Assembly: GCA_977017575.1 (NCBI GenBank) | Contig: CDRNVI010000144.1 | Coordinates: 310,001-374,000, forward strand | DNA: 64,000 nucleotides | From: Paramoeba atlantica | Taxonomy: Eukaryota > Protista > Discosea | Reading direction: 5' to 3' | Shown: one piece after another, positions 21,564 to 36,704 of the stretch | How positions within the stretch are numbered: position 1 is the stretch's first letter | Layout of the letters: each line of letters begins with the position of its first letter | Position numbers and translations under genes: made by a program | The notes under the pieces: generated by a model | The model's input: only the letters and a program-made list of their open reading frames with translations | Databases searched by the model: none | What the model was told of the DNA's origin: nothing

Positions 21564-24500
21564 ATTGTAAAATTGTGTAAAAAGTACAATTTTATTTGTA
21601 ACTTGTTTGGTAACTAAATTTTAAACATCAAAAACTAAATAATAATTGTGAAAAAATGAAAATAATACAAATATTGATTTATACATTGAAAAAAGTGATT
21701 GGAAAATAATCAAAAACAAAGAGAAATATGTTTTTTTTTTTGTAAATAAATCAAATAGATTGTAAAATTGTGTAAAAAATACAATTTTATTTGTAACTTG
21801 TCTGAAAATGAACTTTTAAACATCAAAAATTAAATAACAATTTTCTAAAAATGAAAATAATACAAATAGACATTGAAAAAGTGGTTGGGAAATAATCAAA
21901 AACAAAGGGAAATATGTTTTTTTTTTTGTAAATAAGTCAAATAGATTGTAAAATTGTGTAAAAAGTACAATTTTATTTGTAACTTGTTTGGTAACTAAAT
22001 TTTAAACATCAAAAACTAAATAATAATTGTGAAAAAATGAAAATAATACAAATATTGATTTATACATTGAAAAAAGTGATTGGAAAATAATCAAAAACAA
22101 AGAGAAATATGTTTTTTTTTTTGTAAATAAATCAAATAGATTGTAAAATTGTGTAAAAAATACAATTTTATTTGTAACTTGTCTGAAAATGAACTTTTAA
22201 ACATCAAAAATTAAATAACAATTTTCTAAAAATGAAAATAATACAAATAGACATTGAAAAAGTGGTTGGGAAATAATCAAAAACAAAGGGAAATATGTTT
22301 TTTTTTTTGTAAATAAGTCAAATAGATTGTAAAATTGTGTAAAAAGTACAATTTTATTTGTAACTTGTTTGGTAACTAAATTTTAAACATCAAAAACTAA
22401 ATAATAATTGTGAAAAAATGAAAATAATACAAATATTGATTTATACATTGAAAAAAGTGATTGGAAAATAATCAAAAACAAAGAGAAATATGTTTTTTTT
22501 TTTGTAAATAAATCAAATAGATTGTAAAATTGTGTAAAAAATACAATTTTATTTGTAACTTGTCTGAAAATGAACTTTTAAACATCAAAAATTAAATAAC
22601 AATTTTCTAAAAATGAAAATAATACAAATAGACATTGAAAAAGTGGTTGGGAAATAATCAAAAACAAAGGGAAATATGTTTTTTTTTTTGTAAATAAGTC
22701 AAATAGATTGTAAAATTGTGTAAAAAGTACAATTTTATTTGTAACTTGTTTGGTAACTAAATTTTAAACATCAAAAACTAAATAATAATTGTGAAAAAAT
22801 GAAAATAATACAAATATTGATTTATACATTGAAAAAAGTGATTGGAAAATAATCAAAAACAAAGAGAAATATGTTTTTTTTTTTGTAAATAAATCAAATA
22901 GATTGTAAAATTGTGTAAAAAATACAATTTTATTTGTAACTTGTCTGAAAATGAACTTTTAAACATCAAAAATTAAATAACAATTTTCTAAAAATGAAAA
23001 TAATACAAATAGACATTGAAAAAGTGGTTGGGAAATAATCAAAAACAAAGGGAAATATGTTTTTTTTTTTGTAAATAAGTCAAATAGATTGTAAAATTGT
23101 GTAAAAAGTACAATTTTATTTGTAACTTGTTTGGTAACTAAATTTTAAACATCAAAAACTAAATAATAATTGTGAAAAAATGAAAATAATACAAATATTG
23201 ATTTATACATTGAAAAAAGTGATTGGAAAATAATCAAAAACAAAGAGAAATATGTTTTTTTTTTTGTAAATAAATCAAATAGATTGTAAAATTGTGTAAA
23301 AAATACAATTTTATTTGTAACTTGTCTGAAAATGAACTTTTAAACATCAAAAATTAAATAACAATTTTCTAAAAATGAAAATAATACAAATAGACATTGA
23401 AAAAGTGGTTGGGAAATAATCAAAAACAAAGGGAAATATGTTTTTTTTTTTGTAAATAAGTCAAATAGATTGTAAAATTGTGTAAAAAGTACAATTTTAT
23501 TTGTAACTTGTTTGGTAACTAAATTTTAAACATCAAAAACTAAATAATAATTGTGAAAAAATGAAAATAATACAAATATTGATTTATACATTGAAAAAAG
23601 TGATTGGAAAATAATCAAAAACAAAGAGAAATATGTTTTTTTTTTTGTAAATAAATCAAATAGATTGTAAAATTGTGTAAAAAATACAATTTTATTTGTA
23701 ACTTGTCTGAAAATGAACTTTTAAACATCAAAAATTAAATAACAATTTTCTAAAAATGAAAATAATACAAATAGACATTGAAAAAGTGGTTGGGAAATAA
23801 TCAAAAACAAAGGGAAATATGTTTTTTTTTTTGTAAATAAGTCAAATAGATTGTAAAATTGTGTAAAAAGTACAATTTTATTTGTAACTTGTTTGGTAAC
23901 TAAATTTTAAACATCAAAAACTAAATAATAATTGTGAAAAAATGAAAATAATACAAATATTGATTTATACATTGAAAAAAGTGATTGGAAAATAATCAAA
24001 AACAAAGAGAAATATGTTTTTTTTTTTGTAAATAAATCAAATAGATTGTAAAATTGTGTAAAAAATACAATTTTATTTGTAACTTGTCTGAAAATGAACT
24101 TTTAAACATCAAAAATTAAATAACAATTTTCTAAAAATGAAAATAATACAAATAGACATTGAAAAAGTGGTTGGGAAATAATCAAAAACAAAGGGAAATA
24201 TGTTTTTTTTTTTGTAAATAAGTCAAATAGATTGTAAAATTGTGTAAAAAGTACAATTTTATTTGTAACTTGTTTGGTAACTAAATTTTAAACATCAAAA
24301 ACTAAATAATAATTGTGAAAAAATGAAAATAATACAAATATTGATTTATACATTGAAAAAAGTGATTGGAAAATAATCAAAAACAAAGAGAAATATGTTT
24401 TTTTTTTTGTAAATAAATCAAATAGATTGTAAAATTGTGTAAAAAATACAATTTTATTTGTAACTTGTCTGAAAATGAACTTTTAAACATCAAAAATTAA

Positions 24501-27500
24501 ATAACAATTTTCTAAAAATGAAAATAATACAAATAGACATTGAAAAAGTGGTTGGGAAATAATCAAAAACAAAGGGAAATATGTTTTTTTTTTTGTAAAT
24601 AAGTCAAATAGATTGTAAAATTGTGTAAAAAGTACAATTTTATTTGTAACTTGTTTGGTAACTAAATTTTAAACATCAAAAACTAAATAATAATTGTGAA
24701 AAAATGAAAATAATACAAATATTGATTTATACATTGAAAAAAGTGATTGGAAAATAATCAAAAACAAAGAGAAATATGTTTTTTTTTTTGTAAATAAATC
24801 AAATAGATTGTAAAATTGTGTAAAAAATACAATTTTATTTGTAACTTGTCTGAAAATGAACTTTTAAACATCAAAAATTAAATAACAATTTTCTAAAAAT
24901 GAAAATAATACAAATAGACATTGAAAAAGTGGTTGGGAAATAATCAAAAACAAAGGGAAATATGTTTTTTTTTTTGTAAATAAGTCAAATAGATTGTAAA
25001 ATTGTGTAAAAAGTACAATTTTATTTGTAACTTGTTTGGTAACTAAATTTTAAACATCAAAAACTAAATAATAATTGTGAAAAAATGAAAATAATACAAA
25101 TATTGATTTATACATTGAAAAAAGTGATTGGAAAATAATCAAAAACAAAGAGAAATATGTTTTTTTTTTTGTAAATAAATCAAATAGATTGTAAAATTGT
25201 GTAAAAAATACAATTTTATTTGTAACTTGTCTGAAAATGAACTTTTAAACATCAAAAATTAAATAACAATTTTCTAAAAATGAAAATAATACAAATAGAC
25301 ATTGAAAAAGTGGTTGGGAAATAATCAAAAACAAAGGGAAATATGTTTTTTTTTTTGTAAATAAGTCAAATAGATTGTAAAATTGTGTAAAAAGTACAAT
25401 TTTATTTGTAACTTGTTTGGTAACTAAATTTTAAACATCAAAAACTAAATAATAATTGTGAAAAAATGAAAATAATACAAATATTGATTTATACATTGAA
25501 AAAAGTGATTGGAAAATAATCAAAAACAAAGAGAAATATGTTTTTTTTTTTGTAAATAAATCAAATAGATTGTAAAATTGTGTAAAAAATACAATTTTAT
25601 TTGTAACTTGTCTGAAAATGAACTTTTAAACATCAAAAATTAAATAACAATTTTCTAAAAATGAAAATAATACAAATAGACATTGAAAAAGTGGTTGGGA
25701 AATAATCAAAAACAAAGGGAAATATGTTTTTTTTTTTGTAAATAAGTCAAATAGATTGTAAAATTGTGTAAAAAGTACAATTTTATTTGTAACTTGTTTG
25801 GTAACTAAATTTTAAACATCAAAAACTAAATAATAATTGTGAAAAAATGAAAATAATACAAATATTGATTTATACATTGAAAAAAGTGATTGGAAAATAA
25901 TCAAAAACAAAGAGAAATATGTTTTTTTTTTTGTAAATAAATCAAATAGATTGTAAAATTGTGTAAAAAATACAATTTTATTTGTAACTTGTCTGAAAAT
26001 GAACTTTTAAACATCAAAAATTAAATAACAATTTTCTAAAAATGAAAATAATACAAATAGACATTGAAAAAGTGGTTGGGAAATAATCAAAAACAAAGGG
26101 AAATATGTTTTTTTTTTTGTAAATAAGTCAAATAGATTGTAAAATTGTGTAAAAAGTACAATTTTATTTGTAACTTGTTTGGTAACTAAATTTTAAACAT
26201 CAAAAACTAAATAATAATTGTGAAAAAATGAAAATAATACAAATATTGATTTATACATTGAAAAAAGTGATTGGAAAATAATCAAAAACAAAGAGAAATA
26301 TGTTTTTTTTTTTGTAAATAAATCAAATAGATTGTAAAATTGTGTAAAAAATACAATTTTATTTGTAACTTGTCTGAAAATGAACTTTTAAACATCAAAA
26401 ATTAAATAACAATTTTCTAAAAATGAAAATAATACAAATAGACATTGAAAAAGTGGTTGGGAAATAATCAAAAACAAAGGGAAATATGTTTTTTTTTTTG
26501 TAAATAAGTCAAATAGATTGTAAAATTGTGTAAAAAGTACAATTTTATTTGTAACTTGTTTGGTAACTAAATTTTAAACATCAAAAACTAAATAATAATT
26601 GTGAAAAAATGAAAATAATACAAATATTGATTTATACATTGAAAAAAGTGATTGGAAAATAATCAAAAACAAAGAGAAATATGTTTTTTTTTTTGTAAAT
26701 AAATCAAATAGATTGTAAAATTGTGTAAAAAATACAATTTTATTTGTAACTTGTCTGAAAATGAACTTTTAAACATCAAAAATTAAATAACAATTTTCTA
26801 AAAATGAAAATAATACAAATAGACATTGAAAAAGTGGTTGGGAAATAATCAAAAACAAAGGGAAATATGTTTTTTTTTTTGTAAATAAGTCAAATAGATT
26901 GTAAAATTGTGTAAAAAGTACAATTTTATTTGTAACTTGTTTGGTAACTAAATTTTAAACATCAAAAACTAAATAATAATTGTGAAAAAATGAAAATAAT
27001 ACAAATATTGATTTATACATTGAAAAAAGTGATTGGAAAATAATCAAAAACAAAGAGAAATATGTTTTTTTTTTTGTAAATAAATCAAATAGATTGTAAA
27101 ATTGTGTAAAAAATACAATTTTATTTGTAACTTGTCTGAAAATGAACTTTTAAACATCAAAAATTAAATAACAATTTTCTAAAAATGAAAATAATACAAA
27201 TAGACATTGAAAAAGTGGTTGGGAAATAATCAAAAACAAAGGGAAATATGTTTTTTTTTTTGTAAATAAGTCAAATAGATTGTAAAATTGTGTAAAAAGT
27301 ACAATTTTATTTGTAACTTGTTTGGTAACTAAATTTTAAACATCAAAAACTAAATAATAATTGTGAAAAAATGAAAATAATACAAATATTGATTTATACA
27401 TTGAAAAAAGTGATTGGAAAATAATCAAAAACAAAGAGAAATATGTTTTTTTTTTTGTAAATAAATCAAATAGATTGTAAAATTGTGTAAAAAATACAAT

Positions 27501-30500
27501 TTTATTTGTAACTTGTCTGAAAATGAACTTTTAAACATCAAAAATTAAATAACAATTTTCTAAAAATGAAAATAATACAAATAGACATTGAAAAAGTGGT
27601 TGGGAAATAATCAAAAACAAAGGGAAATATGTTTTTTTTTTTGTAAATAAGTCAAATAGATTGTAAAATTGTGTAAAAAGTACAATTTTATTTGTAACTT
27701 GTTTGGTAACTAAATTTTAAACATCAAAAACTAAATAATAATTGTGAAAAAATGAAAATAATACAAATATTGATTTATACATTGAAAAAAGTGATTGGAA
27801 AATAATCAAAAACAAAGAGAAATATGTTTTTTTTTTTGTAAATAAATCAAATAGATTGTAAAATTGTGTAAAAAATACAATTTTATTTGTAACTTGTCTG
27901 AAAATGAACTTTTAAACATCAAAAATTAAATAACAATTTTCTAAAAATGAAAATAATACAAATAGACATTGAAAAAGTGGTTGGGAAATAATCAAAAACA
28001 AAGGGAAATATGTTTTTTTTTTTGTAAATAAGTCAAATAGATTGTAAAATTGTGTAAAAAGTACAATTTTATTTGTAACTTGTTTGGTAACTAAATTTTA
28101 AACATCAAAAACTAAATAATAATTGTGAAAAAATGAAAATAATACAAATATTGATTTATACATTGAAAAAAGTGATTGGAAAATAATCAAAAACAAAGAG
28201 AAATATGTTTTTTTTTTTGTAAATAAATCAAATAGATTGTAAAATTGTGTAAAAAATACAATTTTATTTGTAACTTGTCTGAAAATGAACTTTTAAACAT
28301 CAAAAATTAAATAACAATTTTCTAAAAATGAAAATAATACAAATAGACATTGAAAAAGTGGTTGGGAAATAATCAAAAACAAAGGGAAATATGTTTTTTT
28401 TTTTGTAAATAAGTCAAATAGATTGTAAAATTGTGTAAAAAGTACAATTTTATTTGTAACTTGTTTGGTAACTAAATTTTAAACATCAAAAACTAAATAA
28501 TAATTGTGAAAAAATGAAAATAATACAAATATTGATTTATACATTGAAAAAAGTGATTGGAAAATAATCAAAAACAAAGAGAAATATGTTTTTTTTTTTG
28601 TAAATAAATCAAATAGATTGTAAAATTGTGTAAAAAATACAATTTTATTTGTAACTTGTCTGAAAATGAACTTTTAAACATCAAAAATTAAATAACAATT
28701 TTCTAAAAATGAAAATAATACAAATAGACATTGAAAAAGTGGTTGGGAAATAATCAAAAACAAAGGGAAATATGTTTTTTTTTTTGTAAATAAGTCAAAT
28801 AGATTGTAAAATTGTGTAAAAAGTACAATTTTATTTGTAACTTGTTTGGTAACTAAATTTTAAACATCAAAAACTAAATAATAATTGTGAAAAAATGAAA
28901 ATAATACAAATATTGATTTATACATTGAAAAAAGTGATTGGAAAATAATCAAAAACAAAGAGAAATATGTTTTTTTTTTTGTAAATAAATCAAATAGATT
29001 GTAAAATTGTGTAAAAAATACAATTTTATTTGTAACTTGTCTGAAAATGAACTTTTAAACATCAAAAATTAAATAACAATTTTCTAAAAATGAAAATAAT
29101 ACAAATAGACATTGAAAAAGTGGTTGGGAAATAATCAAAAACAAAGGGAAATATGTTTTTTTTTTTGTAAATAAGTCAAATAGATTGTAAAATTGTGTAA
29201 AAAGTACAATTTTATTTGTAACTTGTTTGGTAACTAAATTTTAAACATCAAAAACTAAATAATAATTGTGAAAAAATGAAAATAATACAAATATTGATTT
29301 ATACATTGAAAAAAGTGATTGGAAAATAATCAAAAACAAAGAGAAATATGTTTTTTTTTTTGTAAATAAATCAAATAGATTGTAAAATTGTGTAAAAAAT
29401 ACAATTTTATTTGTAACTTGTCTGAAAATGAACTTTTAAACATCAAAAATTAAATAACAATTTTCTAAAAATGAAAATAATACAAATAGACATTGAAAAA
29501 GTGGTTGGGAAATAATCAAAAACAAAGGGAAATATGTTTTTTTTTTTGTAAATAAGTCAAATAGATTGTAAAATTGTGTAAAAAGTACAATTTTATTTGT
29601 AACTTGTTTGGTAACTAAATTTTAAACATCAAAAACTAAATAATAATTGTGAAAAAATGAAAATAATACAAATATTGATTTATACATTGAAAAAAGTGAT
29701 TGGAAAATAATCAAAAACAAAGAGAAATATGTTTTTTTTTTTGTAAATAAATCAAATAGATTGTAAAATTGTGTAAAAAATACAATTTTATTTGTAACTT
29801 GTCTGAAAATGAACTTTTAAACATCAAAAATTAAATAACAATTTTCTAAAAATGAAAATAATACAAATAGACATTGAAAAAGTGGTTGGGAAATAATCAA
29901 AAACAAAGGGAAATATGTTTTTTTTTTTGTAAATAAGTCAAATAGATTGTAAAATTGTGTAAAAAGTACAATTTTATTTGTAACTTGTTTGGTAACTAAA
30001 TTTTAAACATCAAAAACTAAATAATAATTGTGAAAAAATGAAAATAATACAAATATTGATTTATACATTGAAAAAAGTGATTGGAAAATAATCAAAAACA
30101 AAGAGAAATATGTTTTTTTTTTTGTAAATAAATCAAATAGATTGTAAAATTGTGTAAAAAATACAATTTTATTTGTAACTTGTCTGAAAATGAACTTTTA
30201 AACATCAAAAATTAAATAACAATTTTCTAAAAATGAAAATAATACAAATAGACATTGAAAAAGTGGTTGGGAAATAATCAAAAACAAAGGGAAATATGTT
30301 TTTTTTTTTGTAAATAAGTCAAATAGATTGTAAAATTGTGTAAAAAGTACAATTTTATTTGTAACTTGTTTGGTAACTAAATTTTAAACATCAAAAACTA
30401 AATAATAATTGTGAAAAAATGAAAATAATACAAATATTGATTTATACATTGAAAAAAGTGATTGGAAAATAATCAAAAACAAAGAGAAATATGTTTTTTT

Positions 30501-33500
30501 TTTTGTAAATAAATCAAATAGATTGTAAAATTGTGTAAAAAATACAATTTTATTTGTAACTTGTCTGAAAATGAACTTTTAAACATCAAAAATTAAATAA
30601 CAATTTTCTAAAAATGAAAATAATACAAATAGACATTGAAAAAGTGGTTGGGAAATAATCAAAAACAAAGGGAAATATGTTTTTTTTTTTGTAAATAAGT
30701 CAAATAGATTGTAAAATTGTGTAAAAAGTACAATTTTATTTGTAACTTGTTTGGTAACTAAATTTTAAACATCAAAAACTAAATAATAATTGTGAAAAAA
30801 TGAAAATAATACAAATATTGATTTATACATTGAAAAAAGTGATTGGAAAATAATCAAAAACAAAGAGAAATATGTTTTTTTTTTTGTAAATAAATCAAAT
30901 AGATTGTAAAATTGTGTAAAAAATACAATTTTATTTGTAACTTGTCTGAAAATGAACTTTTAAACATCAAAAATTAAATAACAATTTTCTAAAAATGAAA
31001 ATAATACAAATAGACATTGAAAAAGTGGTTGGGAAATAATCAAAAACAAAGGGAAATATGTTTTTTTTTTTGTAAATAAGTCAAATAGATTGTAAAATTG
31101 TGTAAAAAGTACAATTTTATTTGTAACTTGTTTGGTAACTAAATTTTAAACATCAAAAACTAAATAATAATTGTGAAAAAATGAAAATAATACAAATATT
31201 GATTTATACATTGAAAAAAGTGATTGGAAAATAATCAAAAACAAAGAGAAATATGTTTTTTTTTTTGTAAATAAATCAAATAGATTGTAAAATTGTGTAA
31301 AAAATACAATTTTATTTGTAACTTGTCTGAAAATGAACTTTTAAACATCAAAAATTAAATAACAATTTTCTAAAAATGAAAATAATACAAATAGACATTG
31401 AAAAAGTGGTTGGGAAATAATCAAAAACAAAGGGAAATATGTTTTTTTTTTTGTAAATAAGTCAAATAGATTGTAAAATTGTGTAAAAAGTACAATTTTA
31501 TTTGTAACTTGTTTGGTAACTAAATTTTAAACATCAAAAACTAAATAATAATTGTGAAAAAATGAAAATAATACAAATATTGATTTATACATTGAAAAAA
31601 GTGATTGGAAAATAATCAAAAACAAAGAGAAATATGTTTTTTTTTTTGTAAATAAATCAAATAGATTGTAAAATTGTGTAAAAAATACAATTTTATTTGT
31701 AACTTGTCTGAAAATGAACTTTTAAACATCAAAAATTAAATAACAATTTTCTAAAAATGAAAATAATACAAATAGACATTGAAAAAGTGGTTGGGAAATA
31801 ATCAAAAACAAAGGGAAATATGTTTTTTTTTTTGTAAATAAGTCAAATAGATTGTAAAATTGTGTAAAAAGTACAATTTTATTTGTAACTTGTTTGGTAA
31901 CTAAATTTTAAACATCAAAAACTAAATAATAATTGTGAAAAAATGAAAATAATACAAATATTGATTTATACATTGAAAAAAGTGATTGGAAAATAATCAA
32001 AAACAAAGAGAAATATGTTTTTTTTTTTGTAAATAAATCAAATAGATTGTAAAATTGTGTAAAAAATACAATTTTATTTGTAACTTGTCTGAAAATGAAC
32101 TTTTAAACATCAAAAATTAAATAACAATTTTCTAAAAATGAAAATAATACAAATAGACATTGAAAAAGTGGTTGGGAAATAATCAAAAACAAAGGGAAAT
32201 ATGTTTTTTTTTTTGTAAATAAGTCAAATAGATTGTAAAATTGTGTAAAAAGTACAATTTTATTTGTAACTTGTTTGGTAACTAAATTTTAAACATCAAA
32301 AACTAAATAATAATTGTGAAAAAATGAAAATAATACAAATATTGATTTATACATTGAAAAAAGTGATTGGAAAATAATCAAAAACAAAGAGAAATATGTT
32401 TTTTTTTTTGTAAATAAATCAAATAGATTGTAAAATTGTGTAAAAAATACAATTTTATTTGTAACTTGTCTGAAAATGAACTTTTAAACATCAAAAATTA
32501 AATAACAATTTTCTAAAAATGAAAATAATACAAATAGACATTGAAAAAGTGGTTGGGAAATAATCAAAAACAAAGGGAAATATGTTTTTTTTTTTGTAAA
32601 TAAGTCAAATAGATTGTAAAATTGTGTAAAAAGTACAATTTTATTTGTAACTTGTTTGGTAACTAAATTTTAAACATCAAAAACTAAATAATAATTGTGA
32701 AAAAATGAAAATAATACAAATATTGATTTATACATTGAAAAAAGTGATTGGAAAATAATCAAAAACAAAGAGAAATATGTTTTTTTTTTTGTAAATAAAT
32801 CAAATAGATTGTAAAATTGTGTAAAAAATACAATTTTATTTGTAACTTGTCTGAAAATGAACTTTTAAACATCAAAAATTAAATAACAATTTTCTAAAAA
32901 TGAAAATAATACAAATAGACATTGAAAAAGTGGTTGGGAAATAATCAAAAACAAAGGGAAATATGTTTTTTTTTTTGTAAATAAGTCAAATAGATTGTAA
33001 AATTGTGTAAAAAGTACAATTTTATTTGTAACTTGTTTGGTAACTAAATTTTAAACATCAAAAACTAAATAATAATTGTGAAAAAATGAAAATAATACAA
33101 ATATTGATTTATACATTGAAAAAAGTGATTGGAAAATAATCAAAAACAAAGAGAAATATGTTTTTTTTTTTGTAAATAAATCAAATAGATTGTAAAATTG
33201 TGTAAAAAATACAATTTTATTTGTAACTTGTCTGAAAATGAACTTTTAAACATCAAAAATTAAATAACAATTTTCTAAAAATGAAAATAATACAAATAGA
33301 CATTGAAAAAGTGGTTGGGAAATAATCAAAAACAAAGGGAAATATGTTTTTTTTTTTGTAAATAAGTCAAATAGATTGTAAAATTGTGTAAAAAGTACAA
33401 TTTTATTTGTAACTTGTTTGGTAACTAAATTTTAAACATCAAAAACTAAATAATAATTGTGAAAAAATGAAAATAATACAAATATTGATTTATACATTGA

Positions 33501-33908
33501 AAAAAGTGATTGGAAAATAATCAAAAACAAAGAGAAATATGTTTTTTTTTTTGTAAATAAATCAAATAGATTGTAAAATTGTGTAAAAAATACAATTTTA
33601 TTTGTAACTTGTCTGAAAATGAACTTTTAAACATCAAAAATTAAATAACAATTTTCTAAAAATGAAAATAATACAAATAGACATTGAAAAAGTGGTTGGG
33701 AAATAATCAAAAACAAAGGGAAATATGTTTTTTTTTTTGTAAATAAGTCAAATAGATTGTAAAATTGTGTAAAAAGTACAATTTTATTTGTAACTTGTTT
33801 GGTAACTAAATTTTAAACATCAAAAACTAAATAATAATTGTGAAAAAATGAAAATAATACAAATATTGATTTATACATTGAAAAAAGTGATTGGAAAATA
33901 ATCAAAAA
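21564..33908. repeat. Satellite array: ~32.4 copies of a 381-bp unit composed of two related subunits (195 + 186 bp)
   Basis: AACAAAGGGA recurs at 21901, 22282 and 22663 (period 381). The variant AACAAAGAGA at 22096 splits the unit. Over 80% AT, no CpG seen in the unit, and copies look identical wherever inspected. Confidence 0.98.
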
Positions 33909-34712
33909 TGAAAAAATGAAAAATAAAAGAAGAGAAAAAAAAAAAAAGAAAAAAAGAGAAAAAAAGAGAAAAAAAGAGTAAAAAAAAAAAGAAAAAAGAA
34001 AAAAAAAGAAAAAGAAATCATTTTAAAAATTAATTTTATTAAATTTAAATTTCTTGCTCAAAAAAAAAGATGACAAGGCAGGTTGGTTGAGGGAAAGTGT
34101 TTGTCAAAAGTGTAGAAGCAAGCAAAGCTGGGTTACTTTAATTAATTAAATAAAGTGGGGAAAGTGAGATCAAACAGTAGAACCTCATATCTCCAAACTG
34201 TACTTCTTTTTTTCTGATTTTGTATTAATTAACACTATTTCAGCCCATCTTGCTGCTTTTCTTAACAATTTTTAATGGAAATACCTCTTTTTTAAGTCCA
34301 GGATAAACATCTATCTTGTTAAACATTACAAAACTCTTCAATTTCTCATTTTAAAAAGTTGAAGAGTTTGCAGACTTTCTAATATTCACCATTAATCTTC
34401 ACTTCTTTAACTATCTTTCTAACCACTGTAACCCTACAGTTTGGTCCACAGTCTTCAAAACTTAAAAGAACAACTTAAGTACAACTCCTCACAACTTCTT
34501 TTTCAATGGTATCTTCTCTATTTATTTTGGATGTACATTGAACCCAGAAAAACCCTTCTCCATGTAGTCACTTAGTAACCTTCACTCCTCCCCTCAAAGC
34601 TCCTTCTCACTATTAAATTCCTCTTCAATCTGTTGTTGTACCTCCTTTTTTCTTTGATAAATTTAACAAAATCAATCCATCTCTCTTTTACTTTCTTAAC
34701 TCCCCCCAAAAC

Positions 34713-36704
34713 AGTTGAGTTGTATTACTTTCAAGCCTCAAACAGATCAATCACAGAAAGACTTAAGATGATTTACAAGGCTCTTTTATGAAAAGGAAAA
34801 CTAAAAAAGAAAACATATCTTTCTTCAAGAATAAGAACATTCAACAAACACTTACAAATAAAAACATTCAAAATAAGACAACCCCTCAGATTCAAATCCC
34901 AAACAAACAAACATTCTTTCAAAACACTTTAGGTGACAACCCAATACCCCTCAAGTGTTTTCTCAACTGAAAAACACTTCATAACCAACAAAACAATAAA
35001 CAACTTAACACTCAACCAGGGATATAATGATCCTTCAGCTCCAAACAGTCTTTTGTCTCATGATAGTTGCCTCCACAACACTGACATCTCCAGTGAAAAA
35101 GATACTTCTTTCCATCAACCACAAAAAAACCCCCACTATCCTCTTCTTCTTCTTCTTCTCTCTGTGAACAATCTCTTCTCATATGTCCCTTTTCTCCACA
35201 TTCAAAACACACAGCAGATGGTGGTCAATCCTGGTAAGGTTTCAGTTGGTCCTTCACCACCAAATATCAATGCCATCCTTCTGCATTCTGCACCCACTTT
35301 GTCACAACATTCCACATAACACATTCATTCTCAACAAACTCTTCTCCAAATTGCTCCTCCCATAGAACTCAATAAACTTTTAAAACAGGTTCATTCAACT
35401 TCATATTCACTTCAACTGAATCCAAATCTATTTTCAAGTAATCAAGGTACATCACCAACCTCTCTGCAAAATCAAGAATTTTCTTATTTTCCATCTGTCT
35501 TACCATCTGCATTTCTTTCTGAACCTTACTCTTCCAGTTTGAGCCCAAGGTATTTCCTTCCAATACAAACAGAAGCAACTCTTGATAAGAAATATTCCTT
35601 AATCTTTGCAATTGTGGTTTCATTGGACCTTCCACTGCTGATCTCAAATACTGCATCCATAAAGAATCATCTGGCACTTGATTACCCATTGCTGCTTGAA
35701 AATCTCTCAGAAACACCAACACATCACAGGCTTTTAGGTCCCATTTTGTGTTCAACTTTGGTATGTTGTCCACCTTTTTCAGTGTTTTTAACTCTGTCCC
35801 TCTTGTAGACTCATCCAAAGTTATTCTTCAAACCTGTGAATTTAAATCATTAATTGTTGTTGACCTCTCAGCACTTTTAACTTCAGCACCAGCCAATGAA
35901 CTCTGTTAATTTGAACCACAAGTTCCACCAACCCTTGTTGAATCCTCTGGACTTGGATGAAGAAACCTCACATCTGTTACCAATCAATCCCACTGATGGT
36001 TTGGTACAGTATTTTCACTTGGAAGGGGTTGCAAATCTCTCCCATAATGAGTCACAAAATCTTTCCTCCTTGGTTCGATGTAGTTGCCCTCCTCTTTTAA
36101 TTTGGTAGCCCCTGACCTCCTCTGTTCTTGCTCCCCAAAGTTCTATCACTCCTTACATTGCCTTGAAATACTCAACTTTAATCATTTCAAATTCCTCTCA
36201 AGTTTGTCAAACTCCTCAGTGAAAGCCTCATCAGTCAGGATTAAATTTGTTAATTCATCTAACTGATGCTCAATTTCATCTCTTTTCAACAACCAACTCT
36301 CAAGCATTTGATCCACAGAAGGAAAATTTGGAGATCTTGCCCCTTCACCCAAACCCTCATCTTCCTCTGATTTGCTACTGTCACTTCCACTCTCAAGATC
36401 CCTAAGTAGCTTCTTGTTCTGCTCCACCCCCCTTTTCTCCCTCTTGTAACCATCTGGTGGTTCCATCTGCTCCCCCAGTCTTATTCTCTCCTGATACTGT
36501 TTTGATGCTGAAAGTGAATACATTTCAAGAAAGCCAAAAAAAAACAGAATTTCAACCAATGAAAACCAAAAAAAGTTGAGTTGTACTACTTTCAAACAGA
36601 TCAATCACAGGAAGACTCAAGATGGTTTTATGAAGACAACCCCTCAGGTTCAAATCCCAAACAAACAAACATTCTTTCAAAACACTTCAGGTGACAACCC
36701 AATA
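34713..36704 (-). mobile_element. Gag-only element bounded by direct repeats (36574-36704 and 34713-34946), decayed
   Basis: Capsid-like ORF 35369-35818, knuckles CFECGEKGHMRRDC and CQCCGGNYHETKDC (35012-35212), N-terminal part 36182-36604. PPT-like CTTGAGGGG immediately before the 3' repeat (34947-34955). No pol between the repeats. Confidence 0.7.

Noticed and set aside
21564-33908. CRISPR-like array
   Set aside because: There are no unique spacers, only two alternating fixed monomers. The context is eukaryotic and no cas genes are present.
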